A DNA stretch of 28,823 nt from Candidatus Methylomirabilota bacterium (GCA_046726415.1 JBKPAK010000308.1:1-28823), one strand, 5' to 3'. Counted from the stretch's first letter, positions 16,117-25,333 are shown. Notes: generated by a model from the sequence alone, not told the origin. Numbers and translations are program-made.

Positions 16117-17580
16117 TCAGGACGACCCCGGCTCTGAGGTGATCGGGCCGCGGGGCTGGATGTAACTCGTGAGGCGCGGCGGCGCCACGAATGTCGCGGC
16201 CGGCCCGCCGCGTTCCGCGAGCACGAACTCGCGCGACGGCAGCGCTGGAATCACCGCCATCGCGGCTGACGTCACGTGGGAGCGCAGAAAGCTCAGCTCC
16301 TCCGGAAGCGTAGTACGGGCGAGGATGAAGATGTCGATGGAGTCGACGACGCGCTGACCGAGCGCGCTCGGCCGGTGGGTGACCAGGCAGAATCCCTTCT
16401 CGGCGCCGCCGAAAGTCTCCTCCGACATGCGCCCCGGATGGAGCGCCGGATGCGCTTCGTCGAGCACGATCCAGTGGGGGAATCCGCGCTCTTCGCGGAG
16501 GGCTCGAAGGCGCCGGAGGCCAGCGTCCATCAGTGCGACCTTGTCGGCCAGTTCGACCTCGGCCAATTCGACCTTCGCGGCCGGGCGGGGACCCGACAGG
16601 TCGACCACCACCGTCGCCGCGGGATCATGGCGCATGGCCGCGAGCACCTCGTTCCAGTCGGCCTCCCGGCTCACCGGAAACCGCGCCACTCCGGGAAGGG
16701 CGGCGAGCGCGTGATAGCCGCCGTCGAGGTCGATGACGCAGGTTGCGTAGCGCTCGCCCACGAGCCGCTCGACTAGCGCTCCGGCCAGCCAGGATTTGCC
16801 CGAGCGCGGATCGCCCTGCACCAGGATGTTCGCCCCCCGGGCTGGGATCGCGACCGATTCCGCCGTCGAGGCCGCCCAGCCTAGTCGGATCCGATGTCGC
16901 GAAGTGGCCGGGATGAGCAGACGCCCGTCCGTGATCTGGCCGAGCGCGGCCGCGATGGCCCCGCCGTTGTCACCCGAGAACACCCAATCCGCACGCCCCT
17001 TCAGGTCGTCCACCGCGTTGCCGGGACAGCCGGCGAACCCGCACGCCTCGAAGAGGGCCACGTCGTTCTCGGCGTCACCGAGCGCGAGGACGTCCCGCGG
17101 GGACAGCCCCAGCATGCGGATGACGTGACGCACGCTACTGCCTTTGTCCACACCTTGCGGGAGCAGCATGAGCCCCTCTCGATTGGGGATGGCCGCAAGC
17201 GTCACTCCGGTCGCCATCAGCGCCGCCGCGACACCCTCCTCGTAATCCCGGGTGGTGCCGATCACCACGCGTCCGGCGTGGTAGGGAATCTCTCGGCGGT
17301 CCAATTCGCGCAGGAGCCTCCGGGGAGGCCCCACCGCCATGTCACAGAGCCGTCCTTCCGTCGGGAAATAGAGGACGCCTCCGTTCTCGGCCACCACCGC
17401 GTGGAACAGATCGAGGCGATGGCAGACGCGGGTCAGCTCGAAGAACGAGCGCCCGGTGACGAGCAGGAGGCGCAGACCCGCCGCGCGGGCCCGCTCCAGG
17501 GCCAGCACGGTCGGCGGGGCGAGGCGATCGTGGGACGCGAGAGTGCCGTCATAGTCGCAGGCGACCGCCTTGAATCTCAT
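16117..17580 (-). CDS. HAD-IIB (Cof-like) phosphatase fused to a HerA/DUF87-like P-loop domain; alternative start at 17589
   Basis: DYDGTL, VTGR, AENG, DKG and GDAEND motifs; Walker A GDPRSGKS and Walker B IVLDEAH. Confidence 0.85.
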   Translation of the reverse strand: MRFKAVACDYDGTLASHDRLAPPTVLALERARAAGLRLLLVTGRSFFELTRVCHRLDLFHAVVAENGGVLYFPTEGRLCDMAVGPPRRLLRELDRREIPYHAGRVVIGTTRDYEEGVAAALMATGVTLAAIPNREGLMLLPQGVDKGSSVRHVIRMLGLSPRDVLALGDAENDVALFEACGFAGCPGNAVDDLKGRADWVFSGDNGGAIAAALGQITDGRLLIPATSRHRIRLGWAASTAESVAIPARGANILVQGDPRSGKSWLAGALVERLVGERYATCVIDLDGGYHALAALPGVARFPVSREADWNEVLAAMRHDPAATVVVDLSGPRPAAKVELAEVELADKVALMDAGLRRLRALREERGFPHWIVLDEAHPALHPGRMSEETFGGAEKGFCLVTHRPSALGQRVVDSIDIFILARTTLPEELSFLRSHVTSAAMAVIPALPSREFVLAERGGPAATFVAPPRLTSYIQPRGPITSEPGSS

Positions 17581-17862
17581 CGATCTCATTATCTCCCACC
17601 GACGGAACCGCCCAACTTCCCACCACCTCCGAGGCCTACGACCGACTGCGGGCCCTGCGCGGTCAAGGGACGTTCTCCCTGGACCTCCATGCGCTGCGCG
17701 ACGACCGCCGATGATCGCCATCCACACCTAGAGCTGCCACGGTCAGTCAAGGAACTCGTGCCGGCGGATCTCGCGACGCCCCCGGCGCCGCGGCTGCGTC
17801 GCCGGACTGCTCAGCCAGCCCTCCTCGGCGCGGGCGCGCCAGCCGCCTCCACCCATCGCGGG

Positions 17863-17899
17863 TTGACATGGGTCTGGCTGATATGTATCTTTTAGATAT
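17863..17899 (+). promoter_or_regulatory. Sigma70 promoter with overlapping candidate PadR operator; probably leaderless
   Basis: TTGACA (17863-17868), 17 nt, TATCTT (17886-17891). The imperfect palindrome ATATGTA-N5-TAGATAT (17881-17899) abuts the ATG. Confidence 0.65.
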
Positions 17900-18649
17900 A
17901 TGAGACGGCTCAACACCAGCCGCTACGCGGTGCTCGGCATGCTCAGCCTGGGTCCGCAGAGCGGATACGACATCAAGAAGCTGGTCGAGCGATCCATCGC
18001 CCACTTCTGGAACGAGAGCTTCGGCCAGATCTACCCCATCCTCCGCCAACTGGAGGCCGACGGCCTGGCCGCCCGCCGGAGCGAGCGGCAGACCGGCAAG
18101 CCCGATCGCCAGGTCTACTCGCTCACCTCCAAGGGATTGGCCGAGCTGCGAGAGTGGCTCGGACGCCCGGCCAGCGCCGAGATCTTCCGGAGCGAACTGC
18201 TGCTCAAGCTCTTCTTGGGCGGCCACGTCCCCGTCGAGGCGAGCATCCGACATGTCGAGCAGTTCAAGGCGCGACAGGAGCAGTTCCTTCGCACCTACGC
18301 CGAGGTCGATGGCAGGCTGACAGAGGAACACACTGGCCATCCCGATCTGCCCTACTGGTTGATGACGCTGCGGTATGGCCAGCTCCGGGCGGAGGCGCTC
18401 GTCCGCTGGTCAGACGAGACGCTCCGGAGTCTGGGGCAACTTCGGCGCCGACCACCTACCGCGAAACCCCGAGGAGCAAAGGAGATCGGAGGCCCGGCGC
18501 AGGCCTCCCGAGCCCCCGACCCTCTTCTCGCCCAGCGAGACTCCGGGGGCTCCTCGATGAATGGACCCGCTCCCCGTAGAGCCGCGAGCGCGCCGCGGCG
18601 CGACGGGCGAGACGGTCCAATGCCCCGCGGCGCACGGAGGACGCGATGA
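17900..18649 (+). CDS. PadR/AphA family regulator with a low-complexity C-terminal tail
   Basis: SGYDIKK, FWNESFGQIYPIL and PDRQVYSLTSKG motifs, plus a Vir_act_alpha_C-like region (RSELLLKLFLG...YWLMTLRYG). Confidence 0.9.
   Translation: MRRLNTSRYAVLGMLSLGPQSGYDIKKLVERSIAHFWNESFGQIYPILRQLEADGLAARRSERQTGKPDRQVYSLTSKGLAELREWLGRPASAEIFRSELLLKLFLGGHVPVEASIRHVEQFKARQEQFLRTYAEVDGRLTEEHTGHPDLPYWLMTLRYGQLRAEALVRWSDETLRSLGQLRRRPPTAKPRGAKEIGGPAQASRAPDPLLAQRDSGGSSMNGPAPRRAASAPRRDGRDGPMPRGARRTR
18485..18558 (+). repeat. REP-like element, copy 3, inside the PadR tail
   Basis: ATCGGAGGCC-N7-GGCCTCCCGAGCCCCCGACCCTC...CTCCTCGAT aligns end to end with 13336-13410. Confidence 0.6.
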
Positions 18650-19614
18650 GACTTCGCATGGTGCTCACGATGGCCCTGGCGTTCGCGATGACCGCCTGGG
18701 GCTGCTCCAAGCTAGCGGTGTGGTCCGCCCCGGAGAAGACTCCGAGCCCCGAGCGCACACCCGCGGCGCTGAGGGCCGACGCCCTGTTCTGGCAGAGCCT
18801 GCACGGCGGGGCCTACGAGAAGATCCCCGCGGCGCTCACCGCCCTCAAAGGGGCGTATCTGGAGAACCCGAACGATGCGGTCACCGCCGCTCACATCGGC
18901 TGGATGCACCTCTGGCGACTGGCCGAACGGGCCCGGCTCGACTCGGCTCCGCCCGATCCCGGGATCACCGACGACGCAGCGCTGGCCCGCAAGTACTTCG
19001 AGGAAGCCGTTCGCCTGAATCCGCGCGAGCCCCGATACCTCGGGTTCTACGCCTCGCTCCTGATGGCGGAAGGCGCCATCCACAAGGACGAGAAGCTACG
19101 CCGCCGAGGCTACTACACCATGCGCGACGCCATCGCCGCCTGGCCGGAGTTCAACTACTTCACCGCGGGGTACAGCTTCTCCGGTCAACCTCACGATTCC
19201 GAGCGCTACCGGGAGGCCGTCGAGTACCAGTGGCTCACCCTGGACGTCTGCGTCGACGAGAAGGTGGACCGGACCAACCCCGATTTCGCCAAGTACATGC
19301 GTCTGGAGACGCAGGAGGGTCCCAAGCGCGTGTGCTGGAACTCCTGGATCGCGCCGCATAACTTTGAGGGCTTCTTTCTGAACTTCGGCGACATGCTGGT
19401 GAAAGCCGGCGATCCCGCGACCGCCGTGAAGATGTACGGCAATGCCAAACACGCGCGCGACTACGCGACCTGGCCCTACAAGGACGTGCTGGAAGCCCGC
19501 ATCCAGAACGCCGCCCAGAATGTGAGTGTTTTCCGGGGACCGCATCCGGCTCCCGGGGATCCCGCCATGATGGGGCGCTCGCGGTTCGCCTGTACCGGCT
19601 GCCACCAGCAATAA
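18646..19614 (+). CDS. Hypothetical lipoprotein with a C-terminal CxxCH motif
   Basis: GGAGG RBS and ATGA overlap with padR; lipobox AWG-C; helical/TPR-like body; ends FACTGCHQQ*. Confidence 0.8.
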   Translation: MRLRMVLTMALAFAMTAWGCSKLAVWSAPEKTPSPERTPAALRADALFWQSLHGGAYEKIPAALTALKGAYLENPNDAVTAAHIGWMHLWRLAERARLDSAPPDPGITDDAALARKYFEEAVRLNPREPRYLGFYASLLMAEGAIHKDEKLRRRGYYTMRDAIAAWPEFNYFTAGYSFSGQPHDSERYREAVEYQWLTLDVCVDEKVDRTNPDFAKYMRLETQEGPKRVCWNSWIAPHNFEGFFLNFGDMLVKAGDPATAVKMYGNAKHARDYATWPYKDVLEARIQNAAQNVSVFRGPHPAPGDPAMMGRSRFACTGCHQQ

Positions 19615-19624
19615 CCGGCCATCG

Positions 19625-21868
19625 CTAGAGGAGCTTGTCCAGGGTGATCGGCAGCTGGCGGATTCGCCGGCCGGTCGCGTTGAAGACCGCGTTGGCGATC
19701 GATGCCGCGACGCCGGTGATGCCGATCTCGCCGAGGCCGCGGGCGCCCATCGGCGTCAACGGATCTGGGATATCGAGGAAGTGGACCTCGACGCTGGGCA
19801 CGTCCAGGTTGACCGGCACGTGATACTCCGCGAGGGACGGGTTGACGATGCGCCCCAGGCGATCATCGAACAGCGCCTCCTCGGTCAGGGCCATGCCGAT
19901 CCCCATCGCGATGCCGCCGCGGCACTGACTGCTGGCCGTTTTCGGATTGATGATTCGGCCACAGTCGAATACGCCCAGCGCCCGTGTGACGCGCACCTCG
20001 CCGGTCTCCTCATCTACCCGCACCTCGGTGAACTGCGCGCCGTACGAACCGAACGAGTGCCCCGTGTGCTCCACACCGGGTGACGCTTCTCCGTCCGCTT
20101 GGACCTTGCTCATCTCCAAGCGCTGCAGGATCGCGGCGAAGGTCTCCCCCCGCGCCGGAAGGTCTCGGCGATAGATGCCGCCGTCGCGGAACTCCACTTC
20201 GTCCAGGTATGTGCCGACGAGCGGGGACCTCTCATCCCCACGAACGAGCCCATGAATGGTCCTCTTGGCCGCCTCGCAGGCGGCGATGACCGAGGCGCCG
20301 ACGCTGATGGTGGAGTTGGAGCCCCCAGCCACCGGTGCCTCCGGCAGGCTCGAATCGCCATACTCGAAGCGCACGCGGTCGAGCGGTAGGCCCAGCTGGT
20401 CGGCCAGGTTCTGCGCTTGGGCCGTCGCCGTTCCCATGCCCATCTCGTGCGCCGAGCTCTGCCCAACCGCCGATCCGTCCGCGTGAATCTCGACCCGGGC
20501 CGCCGACGGGAACTGGTATGTGGGATAGTATGCGGTGGCCACGCCATAGCCCACGAGAGAGCGTCCGTGGCGCATGGTGCGCGGCGCGGCGTGGCGGCGA
20601 TCCCAGCCGAACCTCTCCGCGCCGACGCGATAGGCCTCTCGCAGATTCCGCATCGAGAAGGGCGTGCCGCTCGTGGGATCGCGTCCGGGCTCATTCCGCA
20701 TCCTGAGCTCGATGGGGTCTATGCCGATCGCGTGGGCGAGCTCGTCGATCGCCGACTCGAGGGCAAATGTCCCGACCGACTCACCCGGCGCGCGCATGAA
20801 GGTGTTGGGGACGACGTCGAGGTAGACCACCTTCTGTCCGAGCCCGAGGTTGTCGCACGCGTAGAGATGGCGCGCCGGGAAGGTGAATTGCTCGGCGAAG
20901 TCGTTGTACTTGCTCGTCCGGGTGATGCCCGTCTGAATCAGCGCGGTCAGGGTGCCCGCTTCGGTGGCGCCGAGGGCAACGCGCTGCTCGGTGGGCGTGC
21001 GCCCGCCGACGGTGTGGTGGACTTGTTTTCGCGAGAGCACCAGCTTGACCGGGCGCTTGGCCACTCGCGCGGCGGCGACGGTCAGCGCGACGTGAGGCCA
21101 GGCGGCGCCCTTCCCGCCGAAGCCGCCGCCGACAAACGTCGCGATGACGCGCACGTTCCGCCGGTCGAGCCCGAACATCTTGGCGAGCATATGCTGCGTG
21201 CCGGCGACATACTGCGTCGCGTCGTACACGGTCAGGCGATCTCCGTCCTCGGACCAGTGCGCCATCGTCGCGTGCAACTCAATGGCGTTGTGGTTGTAGG
21301 CCGGCGTCCGGTAGATGTTGTCGACCGTGTAGGCCGCCGCGGCCAGCGCAGCGTGCGGGTCGCCTGTGGCAATGGTCGCCGGCTCGCCGAGGACGTTCGA
21401 CGGCTCGACGGCCTGCTCCTTCTCCGCCTCGAATGACGTCTTCGCCGCGGCCGGCTCATACTCGACCGCGACGAGGGTCGCCGCGTGCTCGGCCTGCTCG
21501 ATGGTCTCGGCGACGACGACCGCGATCGGCTGGCCGTAGTAATAGACCTGATCGGTGCCCAGATGCGGAATGCTCGACGCGGCCGCCACCGGCTCGGTAC
21601 TGGTCGCACCGAAGACCTCGGTCGCCCGCATCGCCGGCGCGTTCTCGTGCGTGATGACGGCGATCACGCCCGCCGCGCCCCTGGCCGCCGAGATGTCGAT
21701 CCGTTGAATCTTTCCTCGGGCGATGCGGGCCAGGACGAGGGCGGCGTGTGCGACGTTCGCGAGGTTGTATTCGGCGGTGAACGTCGCCTTGCCGGTGGCC
21801 TTCAGCAGGCCGTCGACCCGACTCACGCTCTGCCCAACGGCGCCCCGCTTCGCGCTTCCAGGACTCAT
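19625..21868 (-). CDS. Xanthine dehydrogenase-family molybdopterin subunit (PaoC/YagR-like)
   Basis: GGGFGGKG, FMRAPGE, HEMGMGT, PSLAEYHVP and GLGEIG motifs. Confidence 0.93.
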   Translation of the reverse strand: MSPGSAKRGAVGQSVSRVDGLLKATGKATFTAEYNLANVAHAALVLARIARGKIQRIDISAARGAAGVIAVITHENAPAMRATEVFGATSTEPVAAASSIPHLGTDQVYYYGQPIAVVVAETIEQAEHAATLVAVEYEPAAAKTSFEAEKEQAVEPSNVLGEPATIATGDPHAALAAAAYTVDNIYRTPAYNHNAIELHATMAHWSEDGDRLTVYDATQYVAGTQHMLAKMFGLDRRNVRVIATFVGGGFGGKGAAWPHVALTVAAARVAKRPVKLVLSRKQVHHTVGGRTPTEQRVALGATEAGTLTALIQTGITRTSKYNDFAEQFTFPARHLYACDNLGLGQKVVYLDVVPNTFMRAPGESVGTFALESAIDELAHAIGIDPIELRMRNEPGRDPTSGTPFSMRNLREAYRVGAERFGWDRRHAAPRTMRHGRSLVGYGVATAYYPTYQFPSAARVEIHADGSAVGQSSAHEMGMGTATAQAQNLADQLGLPLDRVRFEYGDSSLPEAPVAGGSNSTISVGASVIAACEAAKRTIHGLVRGDERSPLVGTYLDEVEFRDGGIYRRDLPARGETFAAILQRLEMSKVQADGEASPGVEHTGHSFGSYGAQFTEVRVDEETGEVRVTRALGVFDCGRIINPKTASSQCRGGIAMGIGMALTEEALFDDRLGRIVNPSLAEYHVPVNLDVPSVEVHFLDIPDPLTPMGARGLGEIGITGVAASIANAVFNATGRRIRQLPITLDKLL

Positions 21869-22860
21869 CGGGACCCTCCTTCGTCGAGCAGGGCCTTCAG
21901 GACGCTTACCATCGTTCGCTGTGCGAGGTCGATCTTGAACGAGTTGTGCGCGTATCCCCGCGCGGCCTTGAGCTCTTCTGCCGCCGCCGCTTTGAACGTG
22001 TCTTCGGTCGCCCGGGCGCCGACGAGGGCCCGCTCGGCGGCGGCCGCGCGCCAGGGCTTGTGCGCCACCCCGCCCAGGGCGAGCCTGGCCTCGGTGATCG
22101 TGCCGCGGTCGACGTCGAGCGCGGCGGCGACCGATACGAGGGCGAACGCGTAGCTGGCGCGGTCGCGCACTTTGCGATAGCGCGAGTGCCGCGCGACCCG
22201 AAGCGCGGGGAGCTCGACGGCCGTGATCAGCTCATCGGGCTGGAGGTTCGCGTCGAGGTGCGGAGTGTCTCCGGGCAGGCGGTGGAAATCGGCGATGGGA
22301 ATGGTTCGCCCGCCCGCCGGGCCTCGGACCAACACCGAGGCGTCGAGGGCGGCGAGCGCGACGCACATGTCCGAGGGGTGGGTGGCGATGCACGCGCTGG
22401 ACGCGCCGAGGATCGCGTGGGTTCGGTTGAAGCCGTGCAGGGCGTCACAGCCCGTCCCCGGCGCCCGCTTATTGCAGCGGGCCTCGCCGTCGTAGAAGTA
22501 GCAGCAGCGCGTGCGCTGCATCACGTTTCCTCCCGTCGTCGCCATATTGCGAATCTGGGCGGATGCACCCATCAGGACTGCTTGAGCCAAGACGGGATAC
22601 CGCTCGCGGACGAGCCGATTGGCGGCGAGATGACTGTTGCGCACGAGGGCGCCAATGCGCACGCCCCCGTCGGGTAGGTCCTCGATCTGGCCGAGGGGGA
22701 GGCCCGTCACGTCGACGAGATGACTCGGCTGCTCGACGTTCTCGCGCATCAGATCGACCAGATTCGTCCCCCCACCGAGAAACTTGGCGCCGGCGTGCTG
22801 GGAGACCAGCCGGATGGCCGCCTCCGCGTCCTCGGCGCGGGCGTACGCGAATGGTCTCAT
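21865..22860 (-). CDS. FAD-binding subunit (PaoB/YagS-like)
   Basis: Start MRPFAY; GGGTNLVDLM, ASAQIRNMAT, the [4Fe-4S] Cys set QRTRC..CNKR..GC..CIATHPSD, and KVRDRASY. Confidence 0.93.
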   Translation of the reverse strand: MRPFAYARAEDAEAAIRLVSQHAGAKFLGGGTNLVDLMRENVEQPSHLVDVTGLPLGQIEDLPDGGVRIGALVRNSHLAANRLVRERYPVLAQAVLMGASAQIRNMATTGGNVMQRTRCCYFYDGEARCNKRAPGTGCDALHGFNRTHAILGASSACIATHPSDMCVALAALDASVLVRGPAGGRTIPIADFHRLPGDTPHLDANLQPDELITAVELPALRVARHSRYRKVRDRASYAFALVSVAAALDVDRGTITEARLALGGVAHKPWRAAAAERALVGARATEDTFKAAAAEELKAARGYAHNSFKIDLAQRTMVSVLKALLDEGGSR

Positions 22861-23405
22861 CGCCGCACCTCGCCCTCGAATGCCTGGCGGATGGCGCCGA
22901 CGATGCCGACATACGCGCCGCAGCGACAGAGGTTGCCGCTCATGCGCTCCTTCACTTCCGCCTCGGTCAGCTCGATCCGCGCCGCGGCGAGGTCGGTCGT
23001 CACTGCGCTCGGCATGCCGTTCCTGATCTCGGCCACCATGCCGATGGCGGAGCAGATCTGGCCAGGCGTGCAGTAGCCGCACTGGAGGCCGTCGTGCTCG
23101 ACGAAGGCGGTCTGCAGCAGATGTATGCGGTCGCCGCCGCCGACGCCTTCGATCGTGACGATCTCTCGGCCCTGATATTGCACGGCGAGGGCGAGACACG
23201 CGTTGATGCGTTCGCCGTCGACCAGCACGGTGCACGCGCCGCAAGCCCCCTGGTTGCAGCCCTTCTTCGTCCCCGTGAGACCGACGTGCTCGCGTAACGC
23301 GTCGAGCAGGGACACGCGCGGGTCCAGCCGAAGCTCGTGCTCGACACCGTTGATATGGAGCGCCACCGCGATCGCCCCGCGTCCGTCGACGTCCGTTCCG
23401 CTCAT
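22857..23405 (-). CDS. [2Fe-2S] subunit (PaoA/YagT-like), no Tat leader
   Basis: GTKKGCNQGACGACT, QCGYCTPGQ and GNLCRCGAY motifs; GAGGAG RBS before MSGTDV. Confidence 0.93.
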   Translation of the reverse strand: MSGTDVDGRGAIAVALHINGVEHELRLDPRVSLLDALREHVGLTGTKKGCNQGACGACTVLVDGERINACLALAVQYQGREIVTIEGVGGGDRIHLLQTAFVEHDGLQCGYCTPGQICSAIGMVAEIRNGMPSAVTTDLAAARIELTEAEVKERMSGNLCRCGAYVGIVGAIRQAFEGEVRR

Positions 23406-23659
23406 GTGAAGTCTCCTCACGTACCTACCGCGGCTGAACGACCGCTCGCCCCGCTCAGACGGTCCTCGGCGGCGGCGTCCGGCGCGAAAGGTGGGTGATA
23501 CTCGGGGCCCGGGGAGAGGCTCGCGCTTCCACCTGCTCGCCTTGCGGTTGAGATGCCTGAGCTCGACGCTGGGATGAAGAGGCTTGCTCGTTCCGGCAAG
23601 AATGCGACAGTCATTCCAGACCCGTCCCGAAGCGGGCCACGCTCACGGCGACGACCCCT

Positions 23660-24280
23660 TCAGCCGACCGCTTGGCGGCCAGCGACGAGCGCCCTGGTGA
23701 GCTGCGCGACATGCCGGCCCTGGAAGCGGGCAATCTTGAGTTCGTTTCCAGACACGCGGCGGCTCTTGCCGTCGGCGCTGGCCAGAGTTGACGCGCCATA
23801 GGGAGAGCCGCCGGTGATCTCGTCCATATTGAGTACGTCCTTGCAGGAATAGGGGACGCCGACCACGACGAAGCCCAGATGAAACAGCGTCGCGTGAAAG
23901 GAGGTAATGGTCGTCTCCTGTCCTCCGTGCTGCGTACCGGTGGAGCAAAAGACGCTTCCGATCTTGCCGACCAGCTTGTCGTTGACCCACAGCCCGCCCG
24001 TCTGATCCAGAAAATTGCGCATCTGGGCGCACATGTTGCCAAAGCGCGTCGGCGTGCCGAAGATGATGGCGTCGTAGTCCGGGAGTTCCTGCACGGTGGC
24101 GATGGGCGCCGGCTGATCGAGCTTGAACCCGGCCTTGTGCGCCACCTCCACGGGCACCAGCTCCGGCACTCGCTTGATCGTGACCTCGGCGCCGACCTCG
24201 CGCGCCCCTTCGACGACTGCCCCGGCCATTGTCTCGATGTGGCCATAGCTGGAGTAGTAGAGAACGAGAACCTTCGCCAT
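23660..24280 (-). CDS. wrbA: NAD(P)H:quinone oxidoreductase WrbA
   Basis: [38 protein letters not shown] and GGSPYGA motifs; GGAGG RBS. Confidence 0.95.
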   Translation of the reverse strand: MAKVLVLYYSSYGHIETMAGAVVEGAREVGAEVTIKRVPELVPVEVAHKAGFKLDQPAPIATVQELPDYDAIIFGTPTRFGNMCAQMRNFLDQTGGLWVNDKLVGKIGSVFCSTGTQHGGQETTITSFHATLFHLGFVVVGVPYSCKDVLNMDEITGGSPYGASTLASADGKSRRVSGNELKIARFQGRHVAQLTRALVAGRQAVG

Positions 24281-24376
24281 GCGTCCCTCCGGTTGGGCGT
24301 GCTTGGGATCTTCGGACCCTGGCACGCCCCTCCTCGCGCGGGCGATCCGCGCGGTGTTCTTGTTCTGGGGCCAACC

Positions 24377-25333
24377 TCAGGCGGGGGGCTGCGTCACTTC
24401 GTCCAGGGGTGCTACCGGGTACCCGCGCTCATGCCATGTGTGCAAGCCGCCGGCCAGGGGGCGCACGCGCGTGATGCCCAGCTTCCGGAGCTCGAGCGCC
24501 ACCCGGGCGCTGGTCGCCTCGTTAGGTCAGGTGCAGTAGAGCACGATCTCCACTCCTCGCGGAATTGCTTCGTGGCGTTGCTCGAGCTCATCGGCGCTGA
24601 TCCGCAAAGCACCGGGAATGGCGTACGGCATCGCCTGGACGTCGAGTCTCGTCCGGAGGTCGACGACCATGGTCTCCCGGCCATCATCCAGCCTCTGCTT
24701 GAGCTCTTCCGGGCTGATCCTGGCGATACGCAGCGCTCGAAGGAAGCGCCGGCGCTGGACATACTTGACGCCCACGTAGCCGCCCAGAAGGCCGAGCAGG
24801 ACGAGGACCGACGCACCGCCGAGCCGCGACACCTGAGCCGCGACTTCCTCGATGAGACCGCTGAACACATATCCCAGACCCACCCATGTCGCCGCCCACG
24901 CCAGTGCGCTGGCGGCCGCGGAGAGGACGAACCGACCGAGCTGGACCTTCACGACACCCGACAAGGCGGCGGCCAGCGGATTCAAGCCGGGCAGGAACTT
25001 GGCGATGACGAGCGAGCCGAGCCGGTATGCGATGAACATGTCTTCCACCCGCCGCACGCAGGAGTCCGGTTCGAGGGTGATCCGGCACAGGAGACCCAGC
25101 ACCCGAGCGCCGCGCCGCCGGCCGAATGTGTACCAGAGCACATCCGCGCCGAGACAGCCGGCGACAGTGGCTCCGAGCGCCACCCATAGGCTCAACTGTC
25201 CGGAGCCTACGAGCGCGCCGACGACGAGCAGGAGCGGCACCGCAGGCAGCGGGATTCCGGCCTGATCGACGAACACCCAGGCGAACAGCACGGGCGGGCC
25301 GTGCCGGACCAGGAACTCGAGGATTTCGCTCAC
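24377..25333 (-). CDS. DedA/VTT-rhodanese fusion, probable selenoprotein (UGA at 24529-24527 read as Sec; 318 aa)
   Basis: DedA motifs (DQAGIPLPA, AKFLPG). The rhodanese domain continues in frame past TGA: IVLYCT-U-PNEATSARVALELRKLGITRVRPLAGGLHTWHERGYPV, with the next stop at 24379-24377. Confidence 0.85.
24495..24511 (-). promoter_or_regulatory. Candidate bacterial SECIS hairpin
   Basis: AGCGCC-CGGGU-GGCGCU; the stem starts 16 nt and the G-rich loop 22 nt after the UGA. Confidence 0.6.

Noticed and set aside
24527..25333. dedA-rhodanese as a nonsense-truncated pseudogene (ORF-track version)
   Set aside because: The stop is UGA at a Cys-equivalent active-site position, with an intact downstream frame and a SECIS-like hairpin.
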